Of a stretch of DNA of 32,000 nt, positions 17,413 to 27,385 are shown in pieces. The notes below the pieces were generated by a model. The model did not search any database. It was given only the letters and a program-made list of their open reading frames with translations, and had not been told where the DNA came from. A program made the translations under genes and the position numbers. How positions within the stretch are numbered: position 1 is the stretch's first letter; every line of letters begins with the position of its first letter. Source of the stretch: Ignicoccus pacificus DSM 13166 (GTDB lineage: Archaea > Thermoproteota > Thermoprotei_A > Sulfolobales > Ignicoccaceae); contig CP006868.1 in the NCBI GenBank assembly GCA_025340205.1, positions 420,001-452,000 on the forward strand, given 5' to 3'.

Positions 17413-19329
17413 CTCCCCCGCTCCCTTAAGCTTTTTCATTTTTTCCAAGTACTCCTTCCAGCTCACGCCCAACCTCTTCTTCCACTCCGGATAGGCCTTC
17501 CTCAGCTCTTCCTCCGCCCTCTCGTGAAGCTCACAGTACTTGCCCCTTCTGGGCCTAGAGCATAGGGGACACTTCTCCGGAGGCTCCAGCTCCCCTAAGG
17601 CGAAGGCCAGTTGCTTACCGGCCTCCTCTAAGTGGGGCATGTAGAGGGCTAGGAGCTGCTTGAGCACCTTTTTGGCCTCTCCAACCACCTCTTCCCTCTT
17701 CTTCTTCCTCATCCTTATCATTTCCATCTCTTGCTCGAATTTCCTAGTCAGCTCTACGCTAGTCAACTCGGAGAAGAAGTTGGCTAGGACAAAGGAAACC
17801 GCTATCCCTAGCTCAGTGGCATATACCTTCCCCCTGACACTCTTTAGATACCCCCTCGTGAAGAGGGTCTCCGCTATCCTGGCCCTAGTCGCCTCTGTAC
17901 CTATCCCAACCTTTTCCATCCACTTAACCAGACTCGCTTTGGTAAACCTCTCCGGGGCCTTGGTGTACTGCTGCCTTAAGGAGCATGAGGGGGTTACCAC
18001 CTCTCCTTTTGCAAAGGGAGGAATCTCCTTCTCTTGAGGAGCTGAGAAGGGGTAGTACAAGCTCCAGCCCTTCCAGACTTGCTTCCTCCCGACGGCCTTG
18101 AACTTCTCTCCGCTAATCTCGACTATCACCGTCTGCACCTCATACCTTGCTTTTGAAGCCATGGTTGCCATGAATCTCCTCACTATGAGGTCGTAGATCC
18201 TTTGATGATCCCTATCCAATCCTCTGGGGACCTTCCCAGTAGGATAGATCGCTGGATGTGCCGGGTCGTCCTTGGGACCGTTGTTGGGCTTGAATATTCC
18301 CTTTGTCTCCTTGAAGAGTGCCTTAACCAATCCTCCGTAGGGACTCTTGGAGAGGGATGTAAGTATTCCCTTGATGTCCAAGTCCTTCGGGTACTTCTGA
18401 CTGTTGGTCCTAGGGTAGGATATCAAGGCGTCTAGGTATAGGTCCTCCGCCAAGCTCTGCGTCTTGGCTGGGGAATAGCCGTAGAGTCTAGCTGCTTCAG
18501 CTTGGAGATCCGGCAAGTTGAAGGGGTGGGGAGGGCTCAGCTCCTCGGTCCTCTTTATTATATCAAGGACCTTCCCCACCTTACAATTCCTCTTCCACGC
18601 CTCCGCCTCGTTCCTCCTTTCGAATTTAAGGGAAGGCTCAAATGGAGTATCCTTTATCTTTACCGAAACGGTGAAGTAAGGGATTGGAACGAAGGTCTGT
18701 ATCTCGAGCTCCCTCTCCACGGCCTTTACCAAGGTGGGGCTCTGAACCCTCCCAGCGGAGAGGCTCCTCCTCTTGTTGGTCGCTTGCTTGTAGGCCCTCA
18801 TCAAGGCCCTAGAGACGTTTATTCCCCAGAGCCAGTCGAGCTCGTGCCTAGCCAGTCCGGCCTCCACCATCTCCCAGTCCAAGGGCCTTAGGTTCCTCCA
18901 CGCCTTCCTCAGCTCCTGAGGGGTTAGAGCGTGGAACACCATCCTCTTTGCTCTTTTCAAGTCGCCGAACTCTTTGATTATCATGAAACCTATAACAGAG
19001 CCTTCAATGTCGTAGTCACAAGCGTTGATATAAAGGGATGCTCCCTTGGATACTGAAGCCAACAAAGCGAGGAACTTCTTGGTATAGGAAGCTCCCTTCT
19101 CGACTTCGTATAGGGGCCTCCACTCGTACTCGTAGATCGGAAAGCCGGGGCTCTTGGATGCTAAGCCGAACAGATGACCGGCGGCAGGGGCAACTATTAT
19201 CCTCTTGCCGTTTACTATCTCCCAGTACGGGACGTTGTACTTCTTGTGCTTCCTAGCTTTCCCCAAGGCTAGGGCTATCTTCTCCGCAGCCTTGGGCTTC
19301 TCCGCTATCACCAGTATGTGGCCAGCCAT
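17371..19329 (-). CDS. topA: DNA topoisomerase IA
   Basis: HILVIAEKPKAAEKIALAL, NACDYDIEGSVIGF, ARHELDWLWGINVSRAL, SAGRVQSPTLVKAVEREL, LISYPRTNSQKYP, GTEATRARIAETLFTRGYL. Confidence 0.96.
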   Translation of the reverse strand: MAGHILVIAEKPKAAEKIALALGKARKHKKYNVPYWEIVNGKRIIVAPAAGHLFGLASKSPGFPIYEYEWRPLYEVEKGASYTKKFLALLASVSKGASLYINACDYDIEGSVIGFMIIKEFGDLKRAKRMVFHALTPQELRKAWRNLRPLDWEMVEAGLARHELDWLWGINVSRALMRAYKQATNKRRSLSAGRVQSPTLVKAVERELEIQTFVPIPYFTVSVKIKDTPFEPSLKFERRNEAEAWKRNCKVGKVLDIIKRTEELSPPHPFNLPDLQAEAARLYGYSPAKTQSLAEDLYLDALISYPRTNSQKYPKDLDIKGILTSLSKSPYGGLVKALFKETKGIFKPNNGPKDDPAHPAIYPTGKVPRGLDRDHQRIYDLIVRRFMATMASKARYEVQTVIVEISGEKFKAVGRKQVWKGWSLYYPFSAPQEKEIPPFAKGEVVTPSCSLRQQYTKAPERFTKASLVKWMEKVGIGTEATRARIAETLFTRGYLKSVRGKVYATELGIAVSFVLANFFSELTSVELTRKFEQEMEMIRMRKKKREEVVGEAKKVLKQLLALYMPHLEEAGKQLAFALGELEPPEKCPLCSRPRRGKYCELHERAEEELRKAYPEWKKRLGVSWKEYLEKMKKLKGAGELVRDVASLLSSEE

Positions 19330-19495
19330 AATTACCGCTCGAGAGTAGGCGGAGGGAGATTTTTAGGAAAAGGAGGTCCCATGATCGAAACGTCCTTACC
19401 GCTTTGAAGCTCATCTGATCTTTACTCTAGGGTGGTGATGTGCATTTCTAACATGTCCCAGAAAGCAACACGATAGAGTAAGGGGGTAACGTAAG

Positions 19496-20384
19496 GTGAC
19501 TGTCCTTGGATTCGTCGATGAAAGCGGTACAATATCTCAACTCTTCACCAAAAGCAATAGGAACACAAAAAGACGTAGTGGTCCTAGCTATGGTAGTAAT
19601 GAATGACAGCAATTATGCTAAGTTTAAGTCTGAATGGATGAAGGAACTCCAAAACCTCTTTGGGGAGATATTTGAGAACATGGCATTATCCGTGAGAAAC
19701 AATCCTTTCGAACTGTACAAGATAGAAGATATTATGATGAAGAGACCTAAAATGGAATTACATACTCAAGACTTGGTATCCAAGGAGCACATATTCAGCT
19801 TCATTAGCACAGAACCTTCAACCAAGAGGCTCGACCCCTTTGTGGAAATCTTGAACCGCTATGCGAGCAATATTTACGCACTCCTCGTGAAGCGCTCAGC
19901 ACATAATCAGATCAATCCGGTGAAGAAGTGTTCGGATAATAAGGTATCACCTTGGGTCTTGACAAAGTTCACAGAAGCAGTACTGGAAAGTGAGAATATA
20001 CAGGATGACTTGTTCATTATAGTTGTTGACACTGATCCTAAAGCAGAATCGCCCTATAGTTATGAAACCGTGTTGGAGTTCCTTCGGAGAAGATTCTTTG
20101 ATACTTCCTCGAAGGCCTTATCTAAGTTCAACGCAATTAGTGTATTTCTATCTCCCTCCGAATGGGAACCGGGTATCCAAGCCGCTGACTTAGCATCTTA
20201 TATAATTAGAAAGGTTTACTCTGGCACTTCACACAACACGGAAAAGATGAAAGTTATTCATAACCTTTACAATAAGATCAGTAGGTGTGTAAGGTTGTTT
20301 GAGATTAGGCTGGATGATTGTAGCGAAAAATCCATCAGGAGCTCCAAAGTAAGAGAGATTGAAAGGGGCGTTCTCTGTGCGTGA
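19496..20384 (+). CDS. DUF3800-family protein split by an apparent +1 frameshift
   Basis: GTG at 19496 gives (M)TVLGFVDESGTISQLFTKSN with the family DESG motif, but this frame stops at 19604-19606. The rest (KDVVVLAMVVMNDSNYAKFKSEW...GIQAADLASYIIRKVYSG) is in the frame of the track ORF 19506..20384. Frames cross between about 19550 and 19575. Confidence 0.75.
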
Positions 20385-20406
20385 GTCGCTCCATGCGGCT
20401 CACGCA
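20378..20406 (+). other. Hairpin 1: 12-bp stem with TCCAT loop, containing the DUF3800 stop codon
   Basis: TGCGTGAGTCGC-TCCAT-GCGGCTCACGCA (one G-T pair); TGA stop at 20382-20384. Confidence 0.85.
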
Positions 20407-20408
20407 TG

Positions 20409-20433
20409 CCCGGGTCGCTCCATGCGGCCCGGG
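20409..20433 (+). other. Hairpin 2: 10-bp stem with the same loop and distal stem as hairpin 1
   Basis: CCCGGGTCGC-TCCAT-GCGGCCCGGG (one G-T pair); shares TCGCTCCATGCGG with hairpin 1. Confidence 0.85.
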
Positions 20434-20600
20434 GCTCCGTGCCTCCACACAGACTATGCCTTCCCTTCAATTAAATATTATAGTCCACAGAGAGAGCGAG
20501 CGCGGATCTCTACCCAACGAATGATAAATGAAGTGTCGTGAGTTGTGCTAGGTTAAGCGGAGCCGCGCTCAGTTTATACCTCGCCCTCCACTAGCTCCCG

Positions 20601-21674
20601 GTGCTCGAAGTGTTCAAGGTAGCGATCGTAGGAGCCTCCGGCTACACGGGAGGAGAGCTACTGAGGATCCTTGCCGTTCATCCTAAGGTTGAGGTGAAGG
20701 TAGCCACCTCAAGGGAGTACGCTGGAAAGCCCGTTTACTACGCCCATCCCCACCTGAGGGGAATCTACAGGAGGCTTAAGTTCACGAAACTGGAAAGCCC
20801 CGAGCAGCTAGCGGACGTCGTCGGAGATGTTGACTTGGTCTTCTTGGCCCTCCCCCACAAGGTCTCCCTCCACTTCGTCCCCAAAGCCTTGGAAATAGGC
20901 CTCAAGGTGGTTGACCTGAGCGCAGACTATAGGCTCAAGAGGATTGAGGATTACAAGAGATGGTACGGATACGAGCATCCTTATCCGGACCTCCTGGAAA
21001 AGGCTGTCTACGGAATTCCCGAGCTCTATGGTGAGAAGATCAAGGGAGCTCAGCTCGTAGCCAACCCCGGTTGCAACGCCACCTCCTCCATCTTAGCTGT
21101 AGTTCCCATAGCCTCAGCCGGCTTCATAGACTTAGATCACTTGGTAGTTGACGTGAAGGTGGGATCCTCTGAAGCGGGAGCGAAGCCCTACAGGGGAGGC
21201 CACCATCCGGAAAGGGAGGGGACCGCCAGGCCCTACGACGCTTCCGGTCATAGGCACGTAGCGGAGCTGGAGCAAGCGATTAGGGACTTCACCGGAAAGG
21301 ACGTGAGGGTGGGCTTTACTCCCCACGCGGTCAGTATGATAAGGGGTTCCCTAGCTTCGGCCTACTCTTGGCTAACCAAGGATGTCAAGGACCTAGACGT
21401 GCAGAGGGCCTACGCCAAGTTCTACGCTGGAAAGCCCTTCATCAAGATCATAAGAGGGCCTCCCATGCCCTACCCCGACGTGAAGAACGTGTACGGAAGC
21501 AACTACGCGGAGGTGGGCTTCGCCTTGGATAAGAGGGTCGGAAGGCTTGCTATGTTCGCTGCGATAGACAACCTCATGAAAGGGGCTGCCGGAGTGGCGG
21601 TTCAGAACATGAACTTGATGCTGGGAATAGAGGAGGACGAAGGTCTGAAGTACCTCATGCCCGTTAGGCCTTAA
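20601..21674 (+). CDS. argC: N-acetyl-gamma-glutamyl-phosphate / LysW-aminoadipate semialdehyde reductase (ArgC/LysY)
   Basis: KVAIVGASGYTGGELLRILAVHPKVEVKVATSREYAGKP...LVANPGCNATSSILAV. Confidence 0.93.
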   Translation: MLEVFKVAIVGASGYTGGELLRILAVHPKVEVKVATSREYAGKPVYYAHPHLRGIYRRLKFTKLESPEQLADVVGDVDLVFLALPHKVSLHFVPKALEIGLKVVDLSADYRLKRIEDYKRWYGYEHPYPDLLEKAVYGIPELYGEKIKGAQLVANPGCNATSSILAVVPIASAGFIDLDHLVVDVKVGSSEAGAKPYRGGHHPEREGTARPYDASGHRHVAELEQAIRDFTGKDVRVGFTPHAVSMIRGSLASAYSWLTKDVKDLDVQRAYAKFYAGKPFIKIIRGPPMPYPDVKNVYGSNYAEVGFALDKRVGRLAMFAAIDNLMKGAAGVAVQNMNLMLGIEEDEGLKYLMPVRP

Positions 21675-21760
21675 GAAGCTTTTTCAGACATTTGTCTAAA
21701 GGACTCTTAGCAAATTGTCTTAATTAATCCGCTCCACTAGCCTCAGTCCGGAGGTCACGC

Positions 21761-22804
21761 TTGGTAGGCATTTCCGGATGGGGAGCCTACGTCCCCATGT
21801 ACCGAGTTAAGGGAGAGGACATAGCGGAGCACTGGGGAGCGGATCCCACCACCTGCCATTCCTTGGGGGTTCCAGAGAAGTCTGTAGCCGGACCGGAGGA
21901 GGATAGCGTAACCATGGCTTGGGAAGCGTCACAAAACGCAATCGCAAGAGCTCAGATAGATCCCTCCAAGATAGGAATGGTCTTCATAGGCTCCGAGTCA
22001 AAGCCTTACGCCGTGAAGCCCTCCGCTACCATATTGGCAGACGCCTTGGGAATAGCACCTCATACCATGGCAGTCGACGCTGAGTTCGCTTGCAGGGCCG
22101 GGAGCGAGGGACTCAGACACGCCTTAAGCATGGTTGATCACGGAACGGTCGAGGCGGCCTTGATCATAGGAAGCGACACCGCCCAAGGAGCTCCCGGAGA
22201 CGTGCTCGAGTACACCGCCGCCTCCGGAGCGGCCGCCTTCGTGGTCTCTAAGGAGAACGTGGTAGCTAAGCTGATAGATGCGACTACCTACGTGAGCGAT
22301 ACCCCGGACTTCTGGAGGAGGGACGGGAGCCCCTATCCTAGGCACGGAGAGGGCTTTACCGGCGAGCCTGCTTACTTCCACCACTTGGTCTCAGCCATAA
22401 AGGAGCTCATGGAGAGAAACAACATAACTCCCAACGACGTTACTTACTTCGTTCCTCACCAGCCCAACGCTAGGTTCCCCCTGAAGCTCGCCAAGATGCT
22501 CAAGTTCCCTAAGGAGAAGGTGTTGCCGGGCCTCACCACCGCTAAGATAGGCAACACCTACAACGCCTCAGCCTTCATGGGAATGACTAGGGTTCTTGAC
22601 ATAGCGAAGCCCGGAGACATAATTCTCATGGCTCCTTTCGGCTCAGGAGCTGGAGCAGATGCGTACCTCTTCGAGGTTACCGACAGGATAGAGGAGGTGA
22701 AGGAGCTGGCACCTCCGACCGACGCTTACCTAGACAGGAAGATTTACATCGATTACGGTATGTATTTGAGGTTTAGAAATAAGATCAAGAAGTTGGTGAG
22801 ATGA
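21761..22804 (+). CDS. Archaeal hydroxymethylglutaryl-CoA synthase
   Basis: GISGWGAYVPMYRVKGEDIAEHWG...EKSVAGPEEDSVTMAWEASQNA...AEFACRAGSEGLRHAL...FHHLVSAIKELMERN. Confidence 0.93.
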   Translation: MVGISGWGAYVPMYRVKGEDIAEHWGADPTTCHSLGVPEKSVAGPEEDSVTMAWEASQNAIARAQIDPSKIGMVFIGSESKPYAVKPSATILADALGIAPHTMAVDAEFACRAGSEGLRHALSMVDHGTVEAALIIGSDTAQGAPGDVLEYTAASGAAAFVVSKENVVAKLIDATTYVSDTPDFWRRDGSPYPRHGEGFTGEPAYFHHLVSAIKELMERNNITPNDVTYFVPHQPNARFPLKLAKMLKFPKEKVLPGLTTAKIGNTYNASAFMGMTRVLDIAKPGDIILMAPFGSGAGADAYLFEVTDRIEEVKELAPPTDAYLDRKIYIDYGMYLRFRNKIKKLVR

Positions 22805-22805
22805 G

Positions 22806-23870
22806 ATGGTGTACGTGTGTGGGGCTAAGGTATATCCGGTCGGAAGGCACTACGATAAGAGCGTAGTTGACATGGCCCTAGAGGTCAGCGGACCCCTAGT
22901 TAGGGAGTGCGGCGAGCCGGAGGCAATCGTGTTCGCAACTTACCTAAGTCCCTTCCAGGAGGACTTCGACAACCACGCTCAGCTCTTCGCGGAGTATCTG
23001 GGTACGGACGCAGAGGTCTACACCGTTGCGTCCGGCGACGGCTCCGGAGGAGCGGCTATTTCCTTAGGCGAGAAGCTGGTTAAGGCGGGCTACAAGAGGG
23101 TTCTGGTGGTGGGATCCGACAAGACCAACGACTTCCACTCCAAGCACGCGGTCGAGCAGCTAACAACCCTCATAGCCCCATACGAGAGGTATTACGGAAC
23201 TACCTACTCCTCAGTCCATGCCTTAGCAGCTAGGCTTTACATGAAGAGGTTCAACTTGAGCAGAGAGGAGCTCTCCCAGTGGGCGGTGGTAATGCACTCC
23301 AACGCTATTGACGTGCCCCACGCTCAGCTGAGGTTCCCAGTTAAGATAGAGAAGGTGTGTTCCTCTAACGTGATATCCGAGCCTCTAAGGCTCTTGGACG
23401 CCCATCCCTTCAGCGACGGCGCAGCTGCGGTAATGCTAACCTCCGAGAGCTCGCCGGTGGAGCTTAGGACTGCCTCCGCATCCTCCAAGTTAACCGTGGC
23501 TAATAGGGACCTAACATTCATGGACTCTACATACAAGGCCATGAAGAAGCTCGGGGTAGATGGAGTTGATGCCGTAGAAGTCCACGACGCCTTCAGCATA
23601 GCTGGCCTGATAGCCTTGGAGTCCTTGGGGCTCGCCGAGAGGGGGAAGGCGATAGAGCTCCTGAACGAGAGGCCTAAGGAGATCAATCCGAGCGGAGGGC
23701 TGAAGGCGAGGGGGCATCCGATAGGAGCGACCGGAGTATATCAAGTAGCGGAGGGCTTCTCGGCGATAACTGAGGGCTTGGGGAGGCTCGGAAAGGTTAG
23801 CAGTTTCTTGACTCACAGCACCAATTTGATGGGGGCTTCCACGTACTTGACATACTTGAAGGAGGTGTAA
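22806..23870 (+). CDS. Thiolase-family acetyl-CoA C-acyltransferase (archaeal, HMG-CoA synthase-linked)
   Basis: EVHDAFSIAGLIALESLGLAERGKAIEL...NPSGGLKARGHPIGATGVYQ. Confidence 0.93.
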   Translation: MVYVCGAKVYPVGRHYDKSVVDMALEVSGPLVRECGEPEAIVFATYLSPFQEDFDNHAQLFAEYLGTDAEVYTVASGDGSGGAAISLGEKLVKAGYKRVLVVGSDKTNDFHSKHAVEQLTTLIAPYERYYGTTYSSVHALAARLYMKRFNLSREELSQWAVVMHSNAIDVPHAQLRFPVKIEKVCSSNVISEPLRLLDAHPFSDGAAAVMLTSESSPVELRTASASSKLTVANRDLTFMDSTYKAMKKLGVDGVDAVEVHDAFSIAGLIALESLGLAERGKAIELLNERPKEINPSGGLKARGHPIGATGVYQVAEGFSAITEGLGRLGKVSSFLTHSTNLMGASTYLTYLKEV

Positions 23871-23874
23871 TGGT

Positions 23875-24264
23875 ATGGACATAAGTCCAGCTCGAATTTG
23901 GAGGGAGAAGCCCTTCTCCTACAGGCTAGAGGTACTAGAGTGTCCGAAGTGCAAGAGGAGGTACGTCGGAAACGTGGAGGAGTGCCCTAAGTGCGGAGCT
24001 AAGCTCGAGAGGAAGAGGCTTCCTAGGAAGGGTAGGGTAATAGCGTGGACCAAGGTGGTGCAAGTCCCGGAGTTCGCGGAGGACTTCGCTCCCCTTTACA
24101 TAGGATTGATCGAGCTGGAGGACGGAAGCAGGGTCGTGGCAAAGCTCGTGGATGTAGTGGAGCCGAGCGATGGGATGGAGGTTGAGGCGGTCCTCAGAAG
24201 GGTTAGGGTAGACGGTCAGACGGGACTAATAGAGTACGCCTTGTGCTTTAGACCAATACTTTAG
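23875..24264 (+). CDS. DUF35/OB-fold zinc-ribbon protein of the mevalonate operon
   Basis: LECPKCKRRYVGNVEECPKCGAKLERKRLPRKGRVIAWTKV; starts 5 nt after the thiolase stop. Confidence 0.92.
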   Translation: MDISPARIWREKPFSYRLEVLECPKCKRRYVGNVEECPKCGAKLERKRLPRKGRVIAWTKVVQVPEFAEDFAPLYIGLIELEDGSRVVAKLVDVVEPSDGMEVEAVLRRVRVDGQTGLIEYALCFRPIL

Positions 24265-24347
24265 GAACCACAATGCCTTTTTCTAATCTTCCGCTATAGT
24301 GGTTAACGCATATACCCATGTGTATTATGAATACCAACGTAGTACTG

Positions 24348-26570
24348 TTACTGTTCCTCGACCTCGAAGATGTAGACTCTACCGTTCCCTAGACCGATAG
24401 CAATTTTATCTTGTTGCCAAGCAACACTTAGAACATAGCTTTCAAATTCTCTTTCTAATATCTTATTTCCATTGATATCAAAAATATGAATTCTTTTATC
24501 ATCATAATCGGCACCTAATATATATTTACAATTCGATGAAAATGCTACACTAACAGCTCCTCCACAACCTTCTCTAATACATCTACTTGCAATCCCTCCT
24601 CTTTTCCATAGTAGTTCTGGATCAATAGGATCATTTAAGTTATAGAGATGAATATGATGGATAGTACTTAATGCGAGATAACGACCACAGACTTGAACAT
24701 CCCGGACTTTTTCGTCAAACGTAATCGTCCTAAGCTCATCTCCGCTAGGGAGCTCAAGGATTGTTAGAGCATTAATACCTTCGCTATGCCATTCGAACCT
24801 TGGTACATAAATATATTTGCCATACACGGCAGGACCGTGTGGAATCCATGGTATTTCTACGTCCCAGATTTTTGAACCATCGAAAGTGAAGTAAGCTAAC
24901 TTTGATCTACCGACCAAGAAGCCTTCTTGGAGAATCGTAATGGCCCAATGATGTGAATACCCGACACGTATCTGGTCCCAAGCTCCCCTCTTCATATCAT
25001 AGATGTAAGCGCGATCATTTCTATTTACGAAGCCGAACTTATTACAGCAGTAGGAAACATCACTCATCCGACCTCCTCCACATTCCCTTGCGATCAATTT
25101 CCCATCTTCATTGAAGACGTAGGCACACCTTCTTGTTGCTACTCCCAATTCTCCATTATTTGAAAAAGTAGTAGCGTAAACTTTACCTCCTGTGGTTCCG
25201 AATCTGTACTTTCGGAGCTTCTTTAATGACAGTTTGTTCACTTTAAGTGATTCAATACAAGAGTTCGGTCTCGAACCCAAGTATATACATTTTCCCAAAA
25301 GATAGGCTCTTTCATCTTCGAACCTTTTAATGACTGAGAGACACATTTTTGCATCCCTAATCTTGTAGTAGCAATAAAATAACCCTTCTCTTTGGTAATT
25401 ATTCAAGGAATCAAATATCTTTCGTGTAATCGTTTGGATAGGATAAGTATCTAGAGATATTTGAAATTCATAAATTTCACCGTGTTTGAACCCTACAGCT
25501 ACTTTATCTTCTTTCCACCATGCTACCGAGACAGGAGCCGCATTATCGAATATCTTTACAAAATCGATATCTCCGTTAATATTATATGCCTTGATGTTGT
25601 TAATACCAACGATTGCTAAATATTTACAGCTCGGAGAAAATGCCATATCTAGAGATCTTTCAGTTAATTCTGTTTGTAGTAGCGGTACCGGATTTTCGGG
25701 ATCGGTTATATCATAAATATAAATATGATTATTGGAGCCTAAAGCTAAGTAATTATTACAAACTTGAGCATTTAGAATATTTCTATCAAGTCTTATCGTT
25801 TTCACATTTTCTCCATTCGATATCTTTAAAACACTCAAATTCCTTCCGTTTACTACATAAATGTACTCTCCATGAATTACAGTATCATTTACCTCTTGCC
25901 CAACCTTTACATCCCATTCCTTTGTTCCGTCGAAGCGAAAACGAGCTATGCGGTATTGAGCAACTAGAAAGCCTTCTTGAAACATAGAAATTGTCGAACG
26001 GTGTAGGGTACTAACGTATAGTTTGCTCCATTTTTCGTTCTCTAAGTCATAGATATAGGCATGCGCATCATCATTTACAAACCCAAACTTGTTACAGCAG
26101 TAGGAAACGTCGTGCATAACACTACTACCGCAACGTCTTGAGATAATATTCCCATCTTGGTCAAAAATGTAGGCACATTTATCATAAGAAGCAACTCCAA
26201 GTTTTCCATTCTCAGAAAACATTAATGCCTTGACTCTACCTCCTGTCTTGTAACCCCAGATAGTCCAGATTCCCCTACTCAGAGGGCAAAACTCCACGAA
26301 GTTTTTAGATACCTTAATTGTTACGTTTTTCGCGTTACAAAACACCTTGTTCAGTAGTACATCTGATATTGATGCTTTAAGCTTTGATGAAACTCTTCCC
26401 CTCCTTTCTCTAACCTCTATTACCATTGGTCCAAGAGGGTAGCTATAATCCTCCTTGCTTACACTTCCTTCAAGGAAGTAAGTTAAAGTGGTCTCATCAA
26501 TGTTTTCAAGAACCTCGCAATAGCCCCCGTTACTTGAACAACAACAATCGAGTCTCAAGCTTACCCACAC
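24348..26570 (-). CDS. Large WD40-like beta-propeller protein with internal duplication
   Basis: Two homologous halves, e.g. GRVKALMFSENGKLGVASYDKCAYIFDQDGNIISRRCGS..DVSYCCNKFGFVN and GKVYATTFSNNGELGVATRRCAYVFNEDGKLIARECGG..DVSYCCNKFGFVN. Confidence 0.8.
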   Translation of the reverse strand: MWVSLRLDCCCSSNGGYCEVLENIDETTLTYFLEGSVSKEDYSYPLGPMVIEVRERRGRVSSKLKASISDVLLNKVFCNAKNVTIKVSKNFVEFCPLSRGIWTIWGYKTGGRVKALMFSENGKLGVASYDKCAYIFDQDGNIISRRCGSSVMHDVSYCCNKFGFVNDDAHAYIYDLENEKWSKLYVSTLHRSTISMFQEGFLVAQYRIARFRFDGTKEWDVKVGQEVNDTVIHGEYIYVVNGRNLSVLKISNGENVKTIRLDRNILNAQVCNNYLALGSNNHIYIYDITDPENPVPLLQTELTERSLDMAFSPSCKYLAIVGINNIKAYNINGDIDFVKIFDNAAPVSVAWWKEDKVAVGFKHGEIYEFQISLDTYPIQTITRKIFDSLNNYQREGLFYCYYKIRDAKMCLSVIKRFEDERAYLLGKCIYLGSRPNSCIESLKVNKLSLKKLRKYRFGTTGGKVYATTFSNNGELGVATRRCAYVFNEDGKLIARECGGGRMSDVSYCCNKFGFVNRNDRAYIYDMKRGAWDQIRVGYSHHWAITILQEGFLVGRSKLAYFTFDGSKIWDVEIPWIPHGPAVYGKYIYVPRFEWHSEGINALTILELPSGDELRTITFDEKVRDVQVCGRYLALSTIHHIHLYNLNDPIDPELLWKRGGIASRCIREGCGGAVSVAFSSNCKYILGADYDDKRIHIFDINGNKILEREFESYVLSVAWQQDKIAIGLGNGRVYIFEVEEQ

Positions 26571-26722
26571 CTATCTTTTTCTCCTAATGAAACCAAATAA
26601 GTTCTCAACAGCTTGATGTCAAGCTTTAAGTACATTGGTAACCAAGAACATAAGACGGTCTTTCATCCTACTAGAATGGAAAAATTGCTTTCTAGTAATC
26701 TGTCCTCCTACTAACTGCTAAT

Positions 26723-27385
26723 TTACCACTTATCCTTCCCGATCTTAGGCCTTGGAAGAACCTTTACGGAAATCCTCCTTATCGGAATTAGGAACATCTT
26801 CAACTTCTCGAGGAGTGGGGGTCTAGGGTATTCCTCGAATCCAGCCTGACAAGGTCCCTCCTCCAGCTCAACTTCCACACACCCTTCCCTTATCATAGGG
26901 ATTTCTGGAAAGGAATACATGAAGGGGACTCCCTTCCTAAACTTACCGGCTTCTGAAAGAGTTCTGGCACACCAGGCTAAGGGCAAGGGAACCCAACAGC
27001 AATAAGTAGGTACCTCCTTCACGATGACGATGGGAACTCCCTTCTCTTCATACAGCTCCTTCGCTATCTTTAGCGGGTCTTCCAGCACCACAAAACCATC
27101 CTTCCAGAGCATCGCTGGTTCAACGAAGTACCTTCTGTTTCTTTCAACGACCATCCCCATTTGGTACTCGTTGGAAAAAGCTCTAACCAGCACATCATCC
27201 TGGGAGTAAGGCTTGGGAAGGGGGAAGACGGAGACCAGCTTCCCTACCCTTAGGTTCGCCTCAGCTCTAGAAGGTTCTATTCCGAAAAGAGAGGAAACTA
27301 CCCTAGCCTCGTCTCCAAACTCGTTCCACTTGATTACGGTTAGGTACTCCTCCAGCTCGGAAGCATGGCAGACCAAGCCCTTCAT
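26723..27385 (-). CDS. Hypothetical protein
   Basis: 220-aa ORF overlapping the metallophosphoesterase gene by 4 nt (same strand, operon-like). Confidence 0.6.
   Translation of the reverse strand: MKGLVCHASELEEYLTVIKWNEFGDEARVVSSLFGIEPSRAEANLRVGKLVSVFPLPKPYSQDDVLVRAFSNEYQMGMVVERNRRYFVEPAMLWKDGFVVLEDPLKIAKELYEEKGVPIVIVKEVPTYCCWVPLPLAWCARTLSEAGKFRKGVPFMYSFPEIPMIREGCVEVELEEGPCQAGFEEYPRPPLLEKLKMFLIPIRRISVKVLPRPKIGKDKW

Noticed and set aside
25486-25987. Plus-strand ORFs inside the propeller gene
   Set aside because: Antisense to a long protein with internally repeated conserved motifs.
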